Origin: Tepidisphaera sp.
GTDB taxonomy: Bacteria; Planctomycetota; Phycisphaerae; Phycisphaerales; UBA1924
Direction: 5' to 3'
DNA length: 64,000 bases
Assembly (NCBI GenBank): GCA_050916045.1
Contig: CP051526.1
Location: forward strand, 1,120,001 to 1,184,000
Positions 31,929-41,854 of this stretch are shown here, in pieces. A program made the position numbers and the translations under genes. The notes under the pieces were generated by a model. That model did not search any database, had not been told where the DNA came from, and saw only the letters and a program-made list of their open reading frames with translations. Numbering within the stretch: the stretch's first letter is position 1; every line of letters begins with the position of its first letter.

Positions 31929-33289
31929 TTCGGAGTGGCGAGGCGCGGAAGCAGGCGGTCACCGAGGGCGATGTGAACCAAACGCTGGATCGGGAGGAGT
32001 TTCTCTCTCGTCATCTGGATGCGGGTGCGCGGACGCTGCTGGAACGGGATTCGGCGTCGTTCCTGCATCAGTCGTTGTCGACGCCGTGCCTGAACGCGCT
32101 GGTTTCGGCGCGGGGTTCGGTTCTGACGGATGTGGCGGGGCGGCAGATTCTTGATTTTCACGGGAACAGCGTGCATCAGCTCGGGCATGCGCACCCGCGG
32201 GTGGTGGAAGCGGTGAAGCGGCAGCTTGACGAGATGGCTTTTTGTCCGCGGCGGTTTACGAATGAGCCTGCGGTGGCGTGTGCGGAGCGACTGGCTGAGC
32301 TGACGGGTGGGCGGCTTTCGAAGGTGCTGCTCGCACCGGGGGGGTCGCTAGCGATCGGGATGGCGATGAAGCTTGCGCGGATCGCGACGGGGCGGCACAA
32401 GACGCTTTCGATGTGGGGAGCGTTTCACGGCGCGGGGCTGGATGCGATTTCGATTGGCGGGGAGTCGGTGTTTCGTGAGCACGTGGGGCCGCTTCTTCCG
32501 GGGTGCGAGCATGTGATGCCGTGCCGGCCGTCGCGGTGCGGCGCGGGATGTTCGGGGGGCGGGCTGGTGTGTGCCTCAGCGTTGGAAGCGGTGCTGGAGC
32601 AGGAGCCGGACATCGGAGCGGTGATCGCGGAGCCTGTGCGATGCACGACGGTGGACATTCCGCATGCGGAGTACTGGAAGCGAGTGCGCGCGGCGTGCGA
32701 CCGGCACGGGGTGCTGCTTGTGTTTGACGAGATTCCGACGGGGCTTGGCCGGACGGGGCGGATGTTCTCGTACGAGCACTTCGGGGTTGAGCCGGACATT
32801 CTGGTGCTTGGGAAGGGGTTGGGCGGCGGGGTGATCGCGCAGGCGGCGGTGCTTGCGAGGCCGGAGCTTGATGTGGCGGGGTTCACGGCGCTCGGGCATT
32901 ACACGCACGAGAAGAGCCCGCTTGGGGCGGCGGCGGCGCTGGCGACGCTTGATGTGCTTCGGGATGAGGGTTTGGTGGAGCGGTCGTGGAGCCGGGGGAA
33001 TCGGTGGCGGCAAGAGCTTGGGGAGCGGCTTGGGCCGACGGGGCTGGTGGGGGAAATCCGCGGGCTTGGGATGCTCATCGGGGTTGAGATGCGATCGCCG
33101 ACGGGGAGCGAGCGGGAGTCTGCGGCGCTGGCGAGTCGGGTGCTTTATCTGTGCATGGAGCGCGGGCTGAGTCTGAAGGTTTCGGACGGACGTGTGCTGA
33201 CGCTGGTGCCGCCGCTGAATGTCTCCGAGGAGGAGCTTGGCAGGGCGACGGGTATTCTCGCTGGTGCGTTCGCGACGGCGATGGGATGA
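31925..33289 (+). CDS. pbfA: Class III PLP enzyme, likely (R)-1-hydroxy-2-aminoethylphosphonate ammonia-lyase
   Basis: FDEIPTGLGRTG and LGKGLGGG PLP motifs; EGDVN, FLHQSLSTPC, DFHGNSVHQ and GHYTHEKSP recalled as PbfA signatures; phosphonate context. Confidence 0.8.
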   Translation: MIRSGEARKQAVTEGDVNQTLDREEFLSRHLDAGARTLLERDSASFLHQSLSTPCLNALVSARGSVLTDVAGRQILDFHGNSVHQLGHAHPRVVEAVKRQLDEMAFCPRRFTNEPAVACAERLAELTGGRLSKVLLAPGGSLAIGMAMKLARIATGRHKTLSMWGAFHGAGLDAISIGGESVFREHVGPLLPGCEHVMPCRPSRCGAGCSGGGLVCASALEAVLEQEPDIGAVIAEPVRCTTVDIPHAEYWKRVRAACDRHGVLLVFDEIPTGLGRTGRMFSYEHFGVEPDILVLGKGLGGGVIAQAAVLARPELDVAGFTALGHYTHEKSPLGAAAALATLDVLRDEGLVERSWSRGNRWRQELGERLGPTGLVGEIRGLGMLIGVEMRSPTGSERESAALASRVLYLCMERGLSLKVSDGRVLTLVPPLNVSEEELGRATGILAGAFATAMG

Positions 33290-33309
33290 GCGGGTCGGAC
33301 AGCGCGATG

Positions 33310-33343
33310 AAAAAGAAAGCGGGCCGATCAAGGATCGGCCCGC
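33310..33343 (-). terminator. Terminator between the convergent pbfA and prepilin genes
   Basis: GCGGGCCGATC/GATCGGCCCGC stem, then TTTCTTTTT on the minus strand. Confidence 0.8.
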
Positions 33344-33394
33344 GTGGGTGGACTTTTCAGGTTGGCCTTACTGGCGGTGTCGTCGGCCGGCGAT

Positions 33395-34312
33395 TCAGCG
33401 GGTGCCGGGGACGTACCAGGGGAGGGACTCGTTGAGGTCGACCTTGCCGATGGCTTTCACGTGCCCGTCGCCCCAGGCGGTGTTGCAGCCGCCGTTGTGG
33501 CGGAAGTATTCCTTCTGCCAGTTGGTGAAGCGAGGGTCGGCACCGTCGACCTCGGGGTTGTACTGCGAGAGGTCGTTGAGGGTGTCGCCGTTGGCGTCGA
33601 GCATGTGCTCAAAGGCGTCCTGGAACATGATGAGCCCGGAGGGCTGGAAGACGTCGGAGACCTTGGTGGCTCTGGAGATGACGCGGCCGTAGGCGGCGAC
33701 GTACTGGCGGCGCCACCAGGTCATGGCGGGGCGGGTGGAGTTGAACTCGTTGCGCTCGACGCCGTTGAAGCCGTAGGTCTGGTAGTGGTGGTCGGGGTCG
33801 AAGTTGGTTTCGGAGGGGTAGGGGTCCATCTTCTGGGCGGCGGGGCAGCGCCAGACCTTCCAGCCCGGGAAGGGGGGGTTGTTTTCGCCGACCCAAGGCA
33901 TGCGGGCGGTGTACCAGAGGGGATCGATGTTGATGTTGAGGTAGGTGTCGTAGATGGCGCCCCAGTAGGCGAAGTCGGTCTCGGCGCCGTCGTTGGTGAA
34001 GTTGGGGATGTAGGGGCGGAGGAGGCGGAGGTTGTTGGGCTCGTAGGGGCCGGCGAGGTTGATGCGGGTGAAGCGGGCGCCGTAATTCTGACGCTTGGCG
34101 TGGTGGATGTCCTTGAAGTCGGTGGCGTAGGCGTTGATGGCGGCGTAGACGGTGCGCTGGTTGGCGGCGCAGACGACCTGGCGTGCGGCACCGCGGGCGG
34201 CTCCGAGGGCGGGGAGGAGCAAGCCGATGAGGAGGGCGATGATGGCGATCACCACCAGCAGCTCGATGAGCGTAAAGCCACGCGGACGAATCTCGCTGGA
34301 TGCCCGAATCAT
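33395..34312 (-). CDS. Prepilin-type N-terminal cleavage/methylation protein with H-X9-DG motif (DUF1559-like)
   Basis: GFTLIELLVVIAIIALLIGLLLPAL; C-terminal HNGGCNTAWGDGH. Confidence 0.93.
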   Translation of the reverse strand: MIRASSEIRPRGFTLIELLVVIAIIALLIGLLLPALGAARGAARQVVCAANQRTVYAAINAYATDFKDIHHAKRQNYGARFTRINLAGPYEPNNLRLLRPYIPNFTNDGAETDFAYWGAIYDTYLNINIDPLWYTARMPWVGENNPPFPGWKVWRCPAAQKMDPYPSETNFDPDHHYQTYGFNGVERNEFNSTRPAMTWWRRQYVAAYGRVISRATKVSDVFQPSGLIMFQDAFEHMLDANGDTLNDLSQYNPEVDGADPRFTNWQKEYFRHNGGCNTAWGDGHVKAIGKVDLNESLPWYVPGTR

Positions 34313-34397
34313 GAGAGTCCTTTCGATGTCAACCACGGGGCAGCGACGAAAGCCCCGGCAAATCACTATACCGCGAACGCGTTTGGTGACACGCTTT

Positions 34398-34430
34398 GTC
34401 GCGCGCAGAATCCATGAAGATTTCGTGATG
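34398..34430 (-). promoter_or_regulatory. 11-bp direct repeats (Pho-box-like) upstream of the prepilin gene
   Basis: CATCACGAAAT CTTCATGGATT CTGCGCGCGAC; TATAGT at 34370-34365. Confidence 0.55.
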
Positions 34431-34585
34431 ATGGGGAGGGATGGTGGCGCTCACGGACCTTTAGGAGAAGCTTGTTGGAATCTTGCGATGCACAAGAACG
34501 TGCGTCGTGTAGATTTGGGTCCGATGGCCTGCTTCGCGAGCGTCGCGAGAGTTCTGGCAGATCGCCCTTTGACGGAGATCGAGAG

Positions 34586-37500
34586 ATGAATCGAGTTTCA
34601 AGTGCAGTACGGTTGCTTGTCGCCGCTGCGGGGCTTGCGCTCCCCGGTGTTGCGATGGGTCAGGTGTTCTACAGCGAGAACTTCAACAGCGCGGTGCTGA
34701 ACCAGGCGTCGGGCGATCCGCGCGTGACGGCGGCGTGCGGCAGCAACGCTCCGGCGTTCACGCACAACCCGCCCGCGGGCTGGGTGAACGACATCTGCGG
34801 CGTGTCGTCGTACAACTGCCGCACGGGCTGCCCCCCGTACCCCGGCATCAACTGCGCCGAGTGCACGAACAACGAAGGCGTGTTTGAGTGGGAAGGCTGG
34901 TCGTTTGCTTCGACGGCGTTCTGGGGCGTTCGCACGGACGATCAGGGCCGTCGTCTGTTCACGCTCGCGACGGGCAACGTCGCGGTTGCGGACTCGGACG
35001 AGTGGGACGATCGCGGCGATCCGGACAGCCGCTGCGGCTACTACAACGCGGTGATGAGCACGCCGGCGATCAGCCTGGCGGGCGCTTCGCTCGAGACGCT
35101 CGCGTTCACGTTCGACTCCTCGTGGCAGTACGAGGGCTTTGATGACGGTCGCACTGCGACGAACAACCAGACGGCGATCATCCGCGCGTTCTACACGGTT
35201 GGCGGCGTCGAGCAGCCCGGCGTGGACGTCCTTCACTGGGACTCTGACGACGGCACGAACTCGGGCAACGGTTCTCCGAGCCCGTTCTTCAAGCCCGACG
35301 CTCCGAACGAGACGGTGATCCTGGCTGCGGGCGATCTTCAGGCTCCGGCGGGCGCGACGGCGGTGCGGTTTGAGTTCGCGTACCTCAATGCGGCGAACGA
35401 CTGGTGGTGGGCGATGGACAATCTGGCCCTGACGGCGGATGTGTCCGGGTCTCCCGCGACGATCTTCGCGGAGAGCTTCGAGAGCGTGACGCTTCAGCCG
35501 CCGGTGCACGAGGTGCCCACGGGCTGCGGCGCGACGTACTGCGGCGATCTGACGTACACGCACGACGGTCCGAACGGCGTGGTCGTGACCCTCGACCCGT
35601 CCGTGACGGGCGGCGTGCCGGACTGGCGCGGCTGGTCGTTCGTCGAGCGCGACTTCTGGCGCTGCGCGTCGGGCGGTCCGAACGGTTCGGCGTTCACCAA
35701 CTCCTCCGGTCTGGTGGCGGTGGCGGACGGCGACGAGTTTGACGACATCGCCAACAGCGACGGTCCGCTGGACACGACGCTGAACACGCCGTCGATCGAC
35801 CTCTCGGGTCGCACCGGCGATGTGGTGGTGCTGACCTTCAATTCCAGCTGGCGCTGGGAGTCGGGTCAGACGGCGATCCTGACGGCCGAGTACAACACCG
35901 GGGAGATCGTCGAGGTTCTGCGGTTTGAATCCGATCAGAACTCGCCGAACTTCAAGCCCGACGCGGTGAACGAGCTTGCGGCGAGCGCGCTGCTGGTTCC
36001 GGAAAACGCCTCGTCGGTGGTGCTGCGGTTCCGCTACATCGGCGGGAACAACTGGTGGTGGGCGATCGACGACATCAACGTCTTCGAGGGCATCGCGAAC
36101 ATCACGATCGCTTCGGTGAACGCTTCGCGGGCGCCGATGACGCTCGCCCCGTCGATCGATTACGCTCCGTGCTTCACCCCGTGGTCGCCCGCGGGCCCCC
36201 AGGGCTGGACGAGCACGTTTGACACGCTGGGCACGTGCCCGGTGGACTGCGGCGTGCCGGAGTGGCGTGGCTGGTCGTTTGCGAACAAGGACTGGTGGGT
36301 TCAGGCTGCGGGTGACCAGGAGCGTTCGCAGTTCACGCTGGGCCAGGGCTTTGTCGCGATCGCGGATCCGGACGAGTGGGACGACGCTCCCAACGGCCGG
36401 TCGAACTTCAACGCGTTCCTGACGAGCCCGTCGATCGCGCTTCCGGGCTCGATCTCTTCGGCTTCGTTCAACTTCGCGTCGAGCTGGCGCTACGAGGGCT
36501 TTGACGACAACTGCTCGTGCCTCCCGGGCGGCGAGCGTCTGAACAATCAGACGGCCGTGATCCGTGCGATCTACACGGTCGGCGGCGTCGAGCAGGCTCC
36601 GGTTGAGGTTCTCCGCTGGGATTCCGACGACGGCTCGAACTCGGGCACGGGCGTTCCGAGCGCGTTCTTCAAGCCGGATAACACGAACGAAGCGGTCACG
36701 ATTCCGGCTTCGGCTCTGTCGATCCCGTCGGGCGCGCAGTCGGTCCGGTTCGAGTTCTCGCTGACCAACTCCCGCAACGACTGGTGGTGGGCGGTTGACA
36801 ACCTGAACTTCGTGATCAACGGCAACTCGGTCTTCACCGAGAACTTCGAGGATCCGACGGCGCTGCAGGCGGTGGCTTTCGAGCCCGCGCCGGTCGCGCA
36901 GTGCCAGTACTGGTCCGCGATCAGCGCTCAGCCGGGCAACCTGACGGTCGACAACAGCGGGATCACGGGCTGCTCGGACGGTGATGACTACTACGGCTTC
37001 AACGCGTGGCTGGTGGACGCTTGGGCCCGTTCGCAGGGCGGCCTGCGGACGCAGCACCTGGCGGCGACGGCGTTCATCTCCGACTTCGCGGCTCGCGGCT
37101 GCGACGGTGTGGCGCGTCTGATCACTCCGTCGTACGGGATCGGTGGCGTGAACCCCGACTCGGCGGTGCTCTCGTTCCGTTCGGGCTGGTTCGCGGAAGC
37201 GGGCCACGTCTCGACGGTTGAAGTCTCCTACAACAACGGCGCGACGTGGGTGAACGTGCTCACGTGGAACCCGTCGAACAAGGTTTCGAACCCCGACGAG
37301 GTTGTCTCGATCGGCCTGAACAACCCGAACAACTCGAGCACGGTCCGGGTGCGGTTCAGCGATTCGCAGTCCGGCTGGTGGGCGGTGAGCGACATCCAGA
37401 TCACCGGCACGGTCGGCATCGCGACGGGTTGCGCGGCGGACTTCAACGGCGACGACTTCATCGACTTCTTCGACTACGATGACTATGTGAACTGCTTCGA

Positions 37501-37606
37501 GACGGGCAACTGCCCGCCCGGCAAGACCGCCGACTTCAACGGCGATGAGTTCGTGGACTTCTTCGACTACGACGACTTCGTCGGCCTCTTCGAGGTCGGC
37601 TGCTAA
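34586..37606 (+). CDS. Large secreted repeat protein with C-terminal GC-type dockerin-like anchor
   Basis: Signal peptide; 3 clear and 1 degenerate repeats (WxGWSF, ADxDE[WF]DD, FxSSW, WWWAxD); ADFNGD x2 ending in GC. Confidence 0.88.
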   Translation: MNRVSSAVRLLVAAAGLALPGVAMGQVFYSENFNSAVLNQASGDPRVTAACGSNAPAFTHNPPAGWVNDICGVSSYNCRTGCPPYPGINCAECTNNEGVFEWEGWSFASTAFWGVRTDDQGRRLFTLATGNVAVADSDEWDDRGDPDSRCGYYNAVMSTPAISLAGASLETLAFTFDSSWQYEGFDDGRTATNNQTAIIRAFYTVGGVEQPGVDVLHWDSDDGTNSGNGSPSPFFKPDAPNETVILAAGDLQAPAGATAVRFEFAYLNAANDWWWAMDNLALTADVSGSPATIFAESFESVTLQPPVHEVPTGCGATYCGDLTYTHDGPNGVVVTLDPSVTGGVPDWRGWSFVERDFWRCASGGPNGSAFTNSSGLVAVADGDEFDDIANSDGPLDTTLNTPSIDLSGRTGDVVVLTFNSSWRWESGQTAILTAEYNTGEIVEVLRFESDQNSPNFKPDAVNELAASALLVPENASSVVLRFRYIGGNNWWWAIDDINVFEGIANITIASVNASRAPMTLAPSIDYAPCFTPWSPAGPQGWTSTFDTLGTCPVDCGVPEWRGWSFANKDWWVQAAGDQERSQFTLGQGFVAIADPDEWDDAPNGRSNFNAFLTSPSIALPGSISSASFNFASSWRYEGFDDNCSCLPGGERLNNQTAVIRAIYTVGGVEQAPVEVLRWDSDDGSNSGTGVPSAFFKPDNTNEAVTIPASALSIPSGAQSVRFEFSLTNSRNDWWWAVDNLNFVINGNSVFTENFEDPTALQAVAFEPAPVAQCQYWSAISAQPGNLTVDNSGITGCSDGDDYYGFNAWLVDAWARSQGGLRTQHLAATAFISDFAARGCDGVARLITPSYGIGGVNPDSAVLSFRSGWFAEAGHVSTVEVSYNNGATWVNVLTWNPSNKVSNPDEVVSIGLNNPNNSSTVRVRFSDSQSGWWAVSDIQITGTVGIATGCAADFNGDDFIDFFDYDDYVNCFETGNCPPGKTADFNGDEFVDFFDYDDFVGLFEVGC

Positions 37607-37661
37607 AGCGAATGATCACCGCCGCCGCGTCGAAGGACGCGGCGGCGGCTTTCAAGGAACG

Positions 37662-38996
37662 ATGCGAAGCTCGGTAATCTTCCGCGTGCTGGTGCTGGCT
37701 CTCGCCTTGGCGGCGACGCGGTCGGCTTTCGCGCACCCCAAGCCCGGCGCGCACGCGGACGTTCGTTTCTCGGTGGATCAGCGGTCGGTGCGGGGCGAGT
37801 TCCTGATGAACCTCCGGTTCGCGCAGGCGGTGGTCAATTGGCCGCAGGCGATGCGCGACGAGGTCGGGGCGGCCGAGGAACCGGAGCTTCGGCGGGCGCT
37901 GACGGAGTATCTCGGGGGTGAGCCTTCGGGGCGAGCGGGCTCGGTGGTGGACCGTCCGAACGCGGTGGTGATCAACGGAGTCACGGTCAGTCCGATCGTG
38001 AGGGAGTTTCGGATCGTCATACCGCAGCCGGAGACCCGCCCGGGGTTCGTCGATGTGGCGCAGGCGATGCTGCCGCAGATTCTGATGATCGTCGACTACC
38101 CGTCTCGCGATCAGCCGCGCTCGGTGGAGTTCAAGTGGGGGACCTTTCCGCGTGACTTTCTCGCGCAGGATCGCGATCTGGCTCCGCTGACGGACATCGA
38201 CGCGGTGATCCTGGCGGAGGGTGACGCGATCCCCGTGGTCTTCACGGTCGGAGCGCCGACGCACACGTGGAAAGCATCGGCAACGAGCCTCGCGGACCGG
38301 TTTCAGGCGGTGCCGGCACCGGCGGCTCCGCGGCGCCGCACCGTGCCCGCGCTGTCGGTGGTGGTCCTGTTGGTCGGTGCGGGGCTGGTGGCGGGAGCGT
38401 GGCGGATGGGGGCGTCGTCGGGGCCCGTGCGGTTCGCTCGCGGGGCGGTGGTGGCGTCTCTCGCGATCGGCGCGGCGGTGGCCGTCGGGTCGGTGGGCCG
38501 GGTGCCGTCGCCGCGATGGGCGGATTCCGGCCCGGCGCTTCCGACGGTGGAGGAAGCGGCACAGGTGTTCAAACCGGTTCACGCCAACATGTACCGAGCG
38601 TTTGACTACGTCGCCGAGGAGGACATCTACGACGCTCTGGCGCGGAGCGTGGACGGCCCGCTGCTTGCGAAGACGTACGACGAGATCTATCGAAGCCTGA
38701 TCATGCACGAAGAGGGTGGCGCGCTCAGCCGGATCCGATCGGTGCGGCCCATGGAGACGAACGTCGACCTCATCGACGCGGACGAGGGCGGGCATCCGCG
38801 GCTGACGGTGACCGCGCGGTGGCGTGTGGACGGGGTGGTGTTCCACTGGGGGCATTCGCACGAGCGGACCAACGAGTATCTCGCGAGGTACACGCTTGCG
38901 TCGGCGGGTGGTGCGTGGCGGATCACGGGGGTGGTTCCGCTGGAGCAGCGTCGCGTCGAGGTCGTGCCTGCGGTGGCTTCGGGGGGCGCTCCGTGA
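37662..38996 (+). CDS. Exported/membrane hypothetical protein
   Basis: Signal peptide followed by AHP, two central TMs, C-terminal HWGHSHER. Confidence 0.75.
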   Translation: MRSSVIFRVLVLALALAATRSAFAHPKPGAHADVRFSVDQRSVRGEFLMNLRFAQAVVNWPQAMRDEVGAAEEPELRRALTEYLGGEPSGRAGSVVDRPNAVVINGVTVSPIVREFRIVIPQPETRPGFVDVAQAMLPQILMIVDYPSRDQPRSVEFKWGTFPRDFLAQDRDLAPLTDIDAVILAEGDAIPVVFTVGAPTHTWKASATSLADRFQAVPAPAAPRRRTVPALSVVVLLVGAGLVAGAWRMGASSGPVRFARGAVVASLAIGAAVAVGSVGRVPSPRWADSGPALPTVEEAAQVFKPVHANMYRAFDYVAEEDIYDALARSVDGPLLAKTYDEIYRSLIMHEEGGALSRIRSVRPMETNVDLIDADEGGHPRLTVTARWRVDGVVFHWGHSHERTNEYLARYTLASAGGAWRITGVVPLEQRRVEVVPAVASGGAP

Positions 38997-39658
38997 CGGC
39001 GATCGCGGTGGAGGTTCACGATGCGCTGTATTCGCACGGTGGCGGGTTTGCGCTTCGGGTGCCTCATCTGCGGGTGATGGCGGGTGAGCGCGTGGCGGTT
39101 GTGGGCCCGAGCGGATCGGGCAAGACGACGCTTCTGGATCTGATCGCGGGGATCCGTGTGCCTCAGACCGGCCGGATCGAGGTGCTCGGGCACGAGATGT
39201 CGTCGCTTCCCGAGCCTCGGCGCCGGGAGGTCAGGTTCTCGCAGGTCGGGATGGCGTTCCAGGAGTTTGAGCTTTTGGAGTATCTGTCGGCGCGGGAGAA
39301 CATCCTCCTTTCGGAGTATGTGGGCGGGCGGGCGGCGGGCGCGGAGGAGGAATTGGCGGCGCTGGCCCGCGAGTCCGGGATCGAGCACACACTGGATCGT
39401 CCGCCGGCCAAGCTGTCGCAGGGTGAGCGTCAGCGCGTGGCTTTGTGCCGGGCACTGCTGTCGCGTCCGAAGCTGATCTTGTGCGATGAGCCGACGGGGA
39501 ACCTCGATCGGCGGTCGGCGGACACGGTGATTGAGCTTTTGTTTCGTCACGCCGAGCGTGCGGGTGCGGCGGTGGTGATGGCGACGCACGATCAGAGCTT
39601 GTTGCCTCGGTTCGGGCGGACGGTGGATGTCGCGTCGTGGTCGGGGGGTGGGCGATGA
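38993..39658 (+). CDS. ABC transporter ATPase (LolD/MacB-like)
   Basis: GPSGSGKTT, LSQGERQRV, CDEPTGNLD, ATHD; GTG overlaps the upstream stop. Confidence 0.93.
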   Translation: MTAIAVEVHDALYSHGGGFALRVPHLRVMAGERVAVVGPSGSGKTTLLDLIAGIRVPQTGRIEVLGHEMSSLPEPRRREVRFSQVGMAFQEFELLEYLSARENILLSEYVGGRAAGAEEELAALARESGIEHTLDRPPAKLSQGERQRVALCRALLSRPKLILCDEPTGNLDRRSADTVIELLFRHAERAGAAVVMATHDQSLLPRFGRTVDVASWSGGGR

Positions 39659-40842
39659 CGCGGGCTCGCGGCGCGGGGCTTGGGCCGCTGCGGCTGGCGT
39701 TCAAGCACGCGGTGCATCACCGTGCGCGGTCGCTGGTGCTGGCGGCGTGCGTGGCGATCGCGGTGCTGATGCCGGTGACGGTGCGGCTGCTGGTGCGTGA
39801 GATGGAGGAGGCGCTGCGGGCCCGGGCGGATTCGACGCCGCTTCTGATCGGTGCGCGGGGGAACCGGTTCGATCTGGCGATGACGATGCTCTATTTCCGG
39901 GGGGCGCCTTCGGGGACGATCTCGATGGCGGAGTGGGAAGCGGCGGCTTCGGACGGCGGAGGGGCGTTTATTCCGATGAATATCCGGTTCACGGCGCGAG
40001 GGAAGCCGATCGTGGCGACGACGCCCGACTACTTCGAGGCGCGGGGGCTGGTCGCGCGGGAGGGGACGCTTCCGCTGATGCTCGGGGACGCGACGCTGGG
40101 CAGCACACTTGCGGCGCGGCTTGGGGTGACCGTGGGGGAGCGGCTTTTCTCCGATCAGAGGGAGGCTTTCGACCTCGCCAAGCCGCAGGCGCTGTGCATG
40201 AAGGTGGTGGGGGTGCTCGGGCCCAAGGGCACGCCCGACGATGACGCGATTTTCGTGGACCTCAAGACAGCGTGGATTCTCGAGGGCTTGTCCCACGCTC
40301 ATACCAAGCCGACTGAGGTCGCCGCAGGGCTGGTTTTGGAGCGCGACGACCGTTCGGTGCGGTTGAGCGAGGAACTGATCGACTACAACGAGGTGACGGA
40401 AGCGAACGCTCCCGAGTTCCACGTTCACGGCGGGCCTGAGCTTTTGCCGCTGACGGGGGTGCTGGTGATCCCGGATTCGGAGCGGTCGGCGGTGATTCTG
40501 GCTTCGAGGCACAACGCGGGGAGGACGCTCCAGGCGGTGGTGCCGACGGAGGTGGTGCGGGACCTTCTGGGGTATGTGTTCCGGGTGCGAGCGATGCTCG
40601 ACGGGGTGGCGGTGATTGTGGCGTGCCTGACGCTGGCGATGCTTGGGCTGGTGACGGCGCTGTCGGTCCGGGTGCGGTCGCGGGAGATTGCGACGTTCAG
40701 GCGGATCGGGGTGGCTCCGCGGACGATCGCGTGGGTGTTCGCGTGGGAGATCGTCATTCTGGCTGCGGCGGGGGGCGTGGCGGGACTAGGTGTGGCGGTC
40801 GGTGTCGCCGCAGCGGCTCCGGATCTCGTGAAGTTGTTGTGA
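39655..40842 (+). CDS. ABC permease, MacB/FtsX-like
   Basis: One N-terminal TM, large periplasmic loop, C-terminal TMs with RSREIATFRRIG. Confidence 0.85.
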   Translation: MTRARGAGLGPLRLAFKHAVHHRARSLVLAACVAIAVLMPVTVRLLVREMEEALRARADSTPLLIGARGNRFDLAMTMLYFRGAPSGTISMAEWEAAASDGGGAFIPMNIRFTARGKPIVATTPDYFEARGLVAREGTLPLMLGDATLGSTLAARLGVTVGERLFSDQREAFDLAKPQALCMKVVGVLGPKGTPDDDAIFVDLKTAWILEGLSHAHTKPTEVAAGLVLERDDRSVRLSEELIDYNEVTEANAPEFHVHGGPELLPLTGVLVIPDSERSAVILASRHNAGRTLQAVVPTEVVRDLLGYVFRVRAMLDGVAVIVACLTLAMLGLVTALSVRVRSREIATFRRIGVAPRTIAWVFAWEIVILAAAGGVAGLGVAVGVAAAAPDLVKLL

Positions 40843-40907
40843 ATTCCGCTTGAGGGAGCATCTTGGAGGCGGCGGCGCGTTCTATGAATCCCGCGATGAG
40901 TCTGGTC

Positions 40908-41843
40908 ATGTCCAAGCCGCGATTGACCGTGTTCGGTCTGGCTTTGTGGGCGATCGGCGTGCTGCTTCTCGCGTCGTGCGACAAGCCGGCCGTGCCGGTG
41001 GCCGCGCCCGCGCGCACGGTGCTGACGTCGTTCTACCCCACGACCTACTTCGCCGAGCGGATCGCGAGCGGCAAGGTCGATGTGCGATGCCCGTGCCCGC
41101 CGGGGGAGGATCCGGTTTCGTGGAAGCCATCGCGTGCGGACCTCGCCGCGTACCAGGAAGCGGGCCTCATCGTCCTCAACGGAGCCGCGTTTGAGAAGTG
41201 GCCGGCGAGCGCTTCGCTGCCTGCGGCGAGGACGGTGAGCACCGCGGCTTCCTTCAAGGACGAGTTCATCCGCTCCAAGACGGTCACGCACAGCCACGGG
41301 CCAGGCGGCAAGCACAGCCACTCGGGCATCGACGGGCACACGTGGGTCGACCCTGTGAACGCCAAGACGCAGGCCAAGGCGATCCGCGACGCCATGTCCA
41401 AAGCGTGGCCGGAGCACGCTCAAGTGTTCGAAGCGGGGTTCGCGGGCCTTGCGGCTGATCTTGACGGGCTGGACGCTCGCTGCCGCGAGGTCACGGTCCA
41501 GATCGGAACTCGGCCGATCCTCACCTCGCACCCGGCGTATGCGTACATCGCGAGGCGGTATGGCTGGAAGGTTGTCGATCTGGACGTGCCGCCCGATGAG
41601 GAGCCTTCCGAGTCGTCATGGGCTTCGGTCCGTGACGCGGTTTCGGGGGCGAGCGAGGCGCCGAAGGTGATGCTCTTTGAGTCCGAACCTCTTCCCGCGA
41701 CGCGGGAGCGGCTGCTCCGCGAGTTCAAGGTGGTCGCGGTGACGTTCAGCCCGTGCGAGTCCGCCGAAGCGGGTCGCGATTATCTTGTTCGCATGCGTGC
41801 CAACCTTGACGCCCTTTCCACTGCACTTGTTCCCGCCCCTTGA
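40908..41843 (+). CDS. Metal-binding lipoprotein, ZnuA/TroA family
   Basis: LASC lipobox, His-rich loop THSHGPGGKHSH, DGHTWVDP, SHPAYAY; alternative starts 40884/40896. Confidence 0.88.
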   Translation: MSKPRLTVFGLALWAIGVLLLASCDKPAVPVAAPARTVLTSFYPTTYFAERIASGKVDVRCPCPPGEDPVSWKPSRADLAAYQEAGLIVLNGAAFEKWPASASLPAARTVSTAASFKDEFIRSKTVTHSHGPGGKHSHSGIDGHTWVDPVNAKTQAKAIRDAMSKAWPEHAQVFEAGFAGLAADLDGLDARCREVTVQIGTRPILTSHPAYAYIARRYGWKVVDLDVPPDEEPSESSWASVRDAVSGASEAPKVMLFESEPLPATRERLLREFKVVAVTFSPCESAEAGRDYLVRMRANLDALSTALVPAP

Positions 41844-41854
41844 AGGAGCCGATC

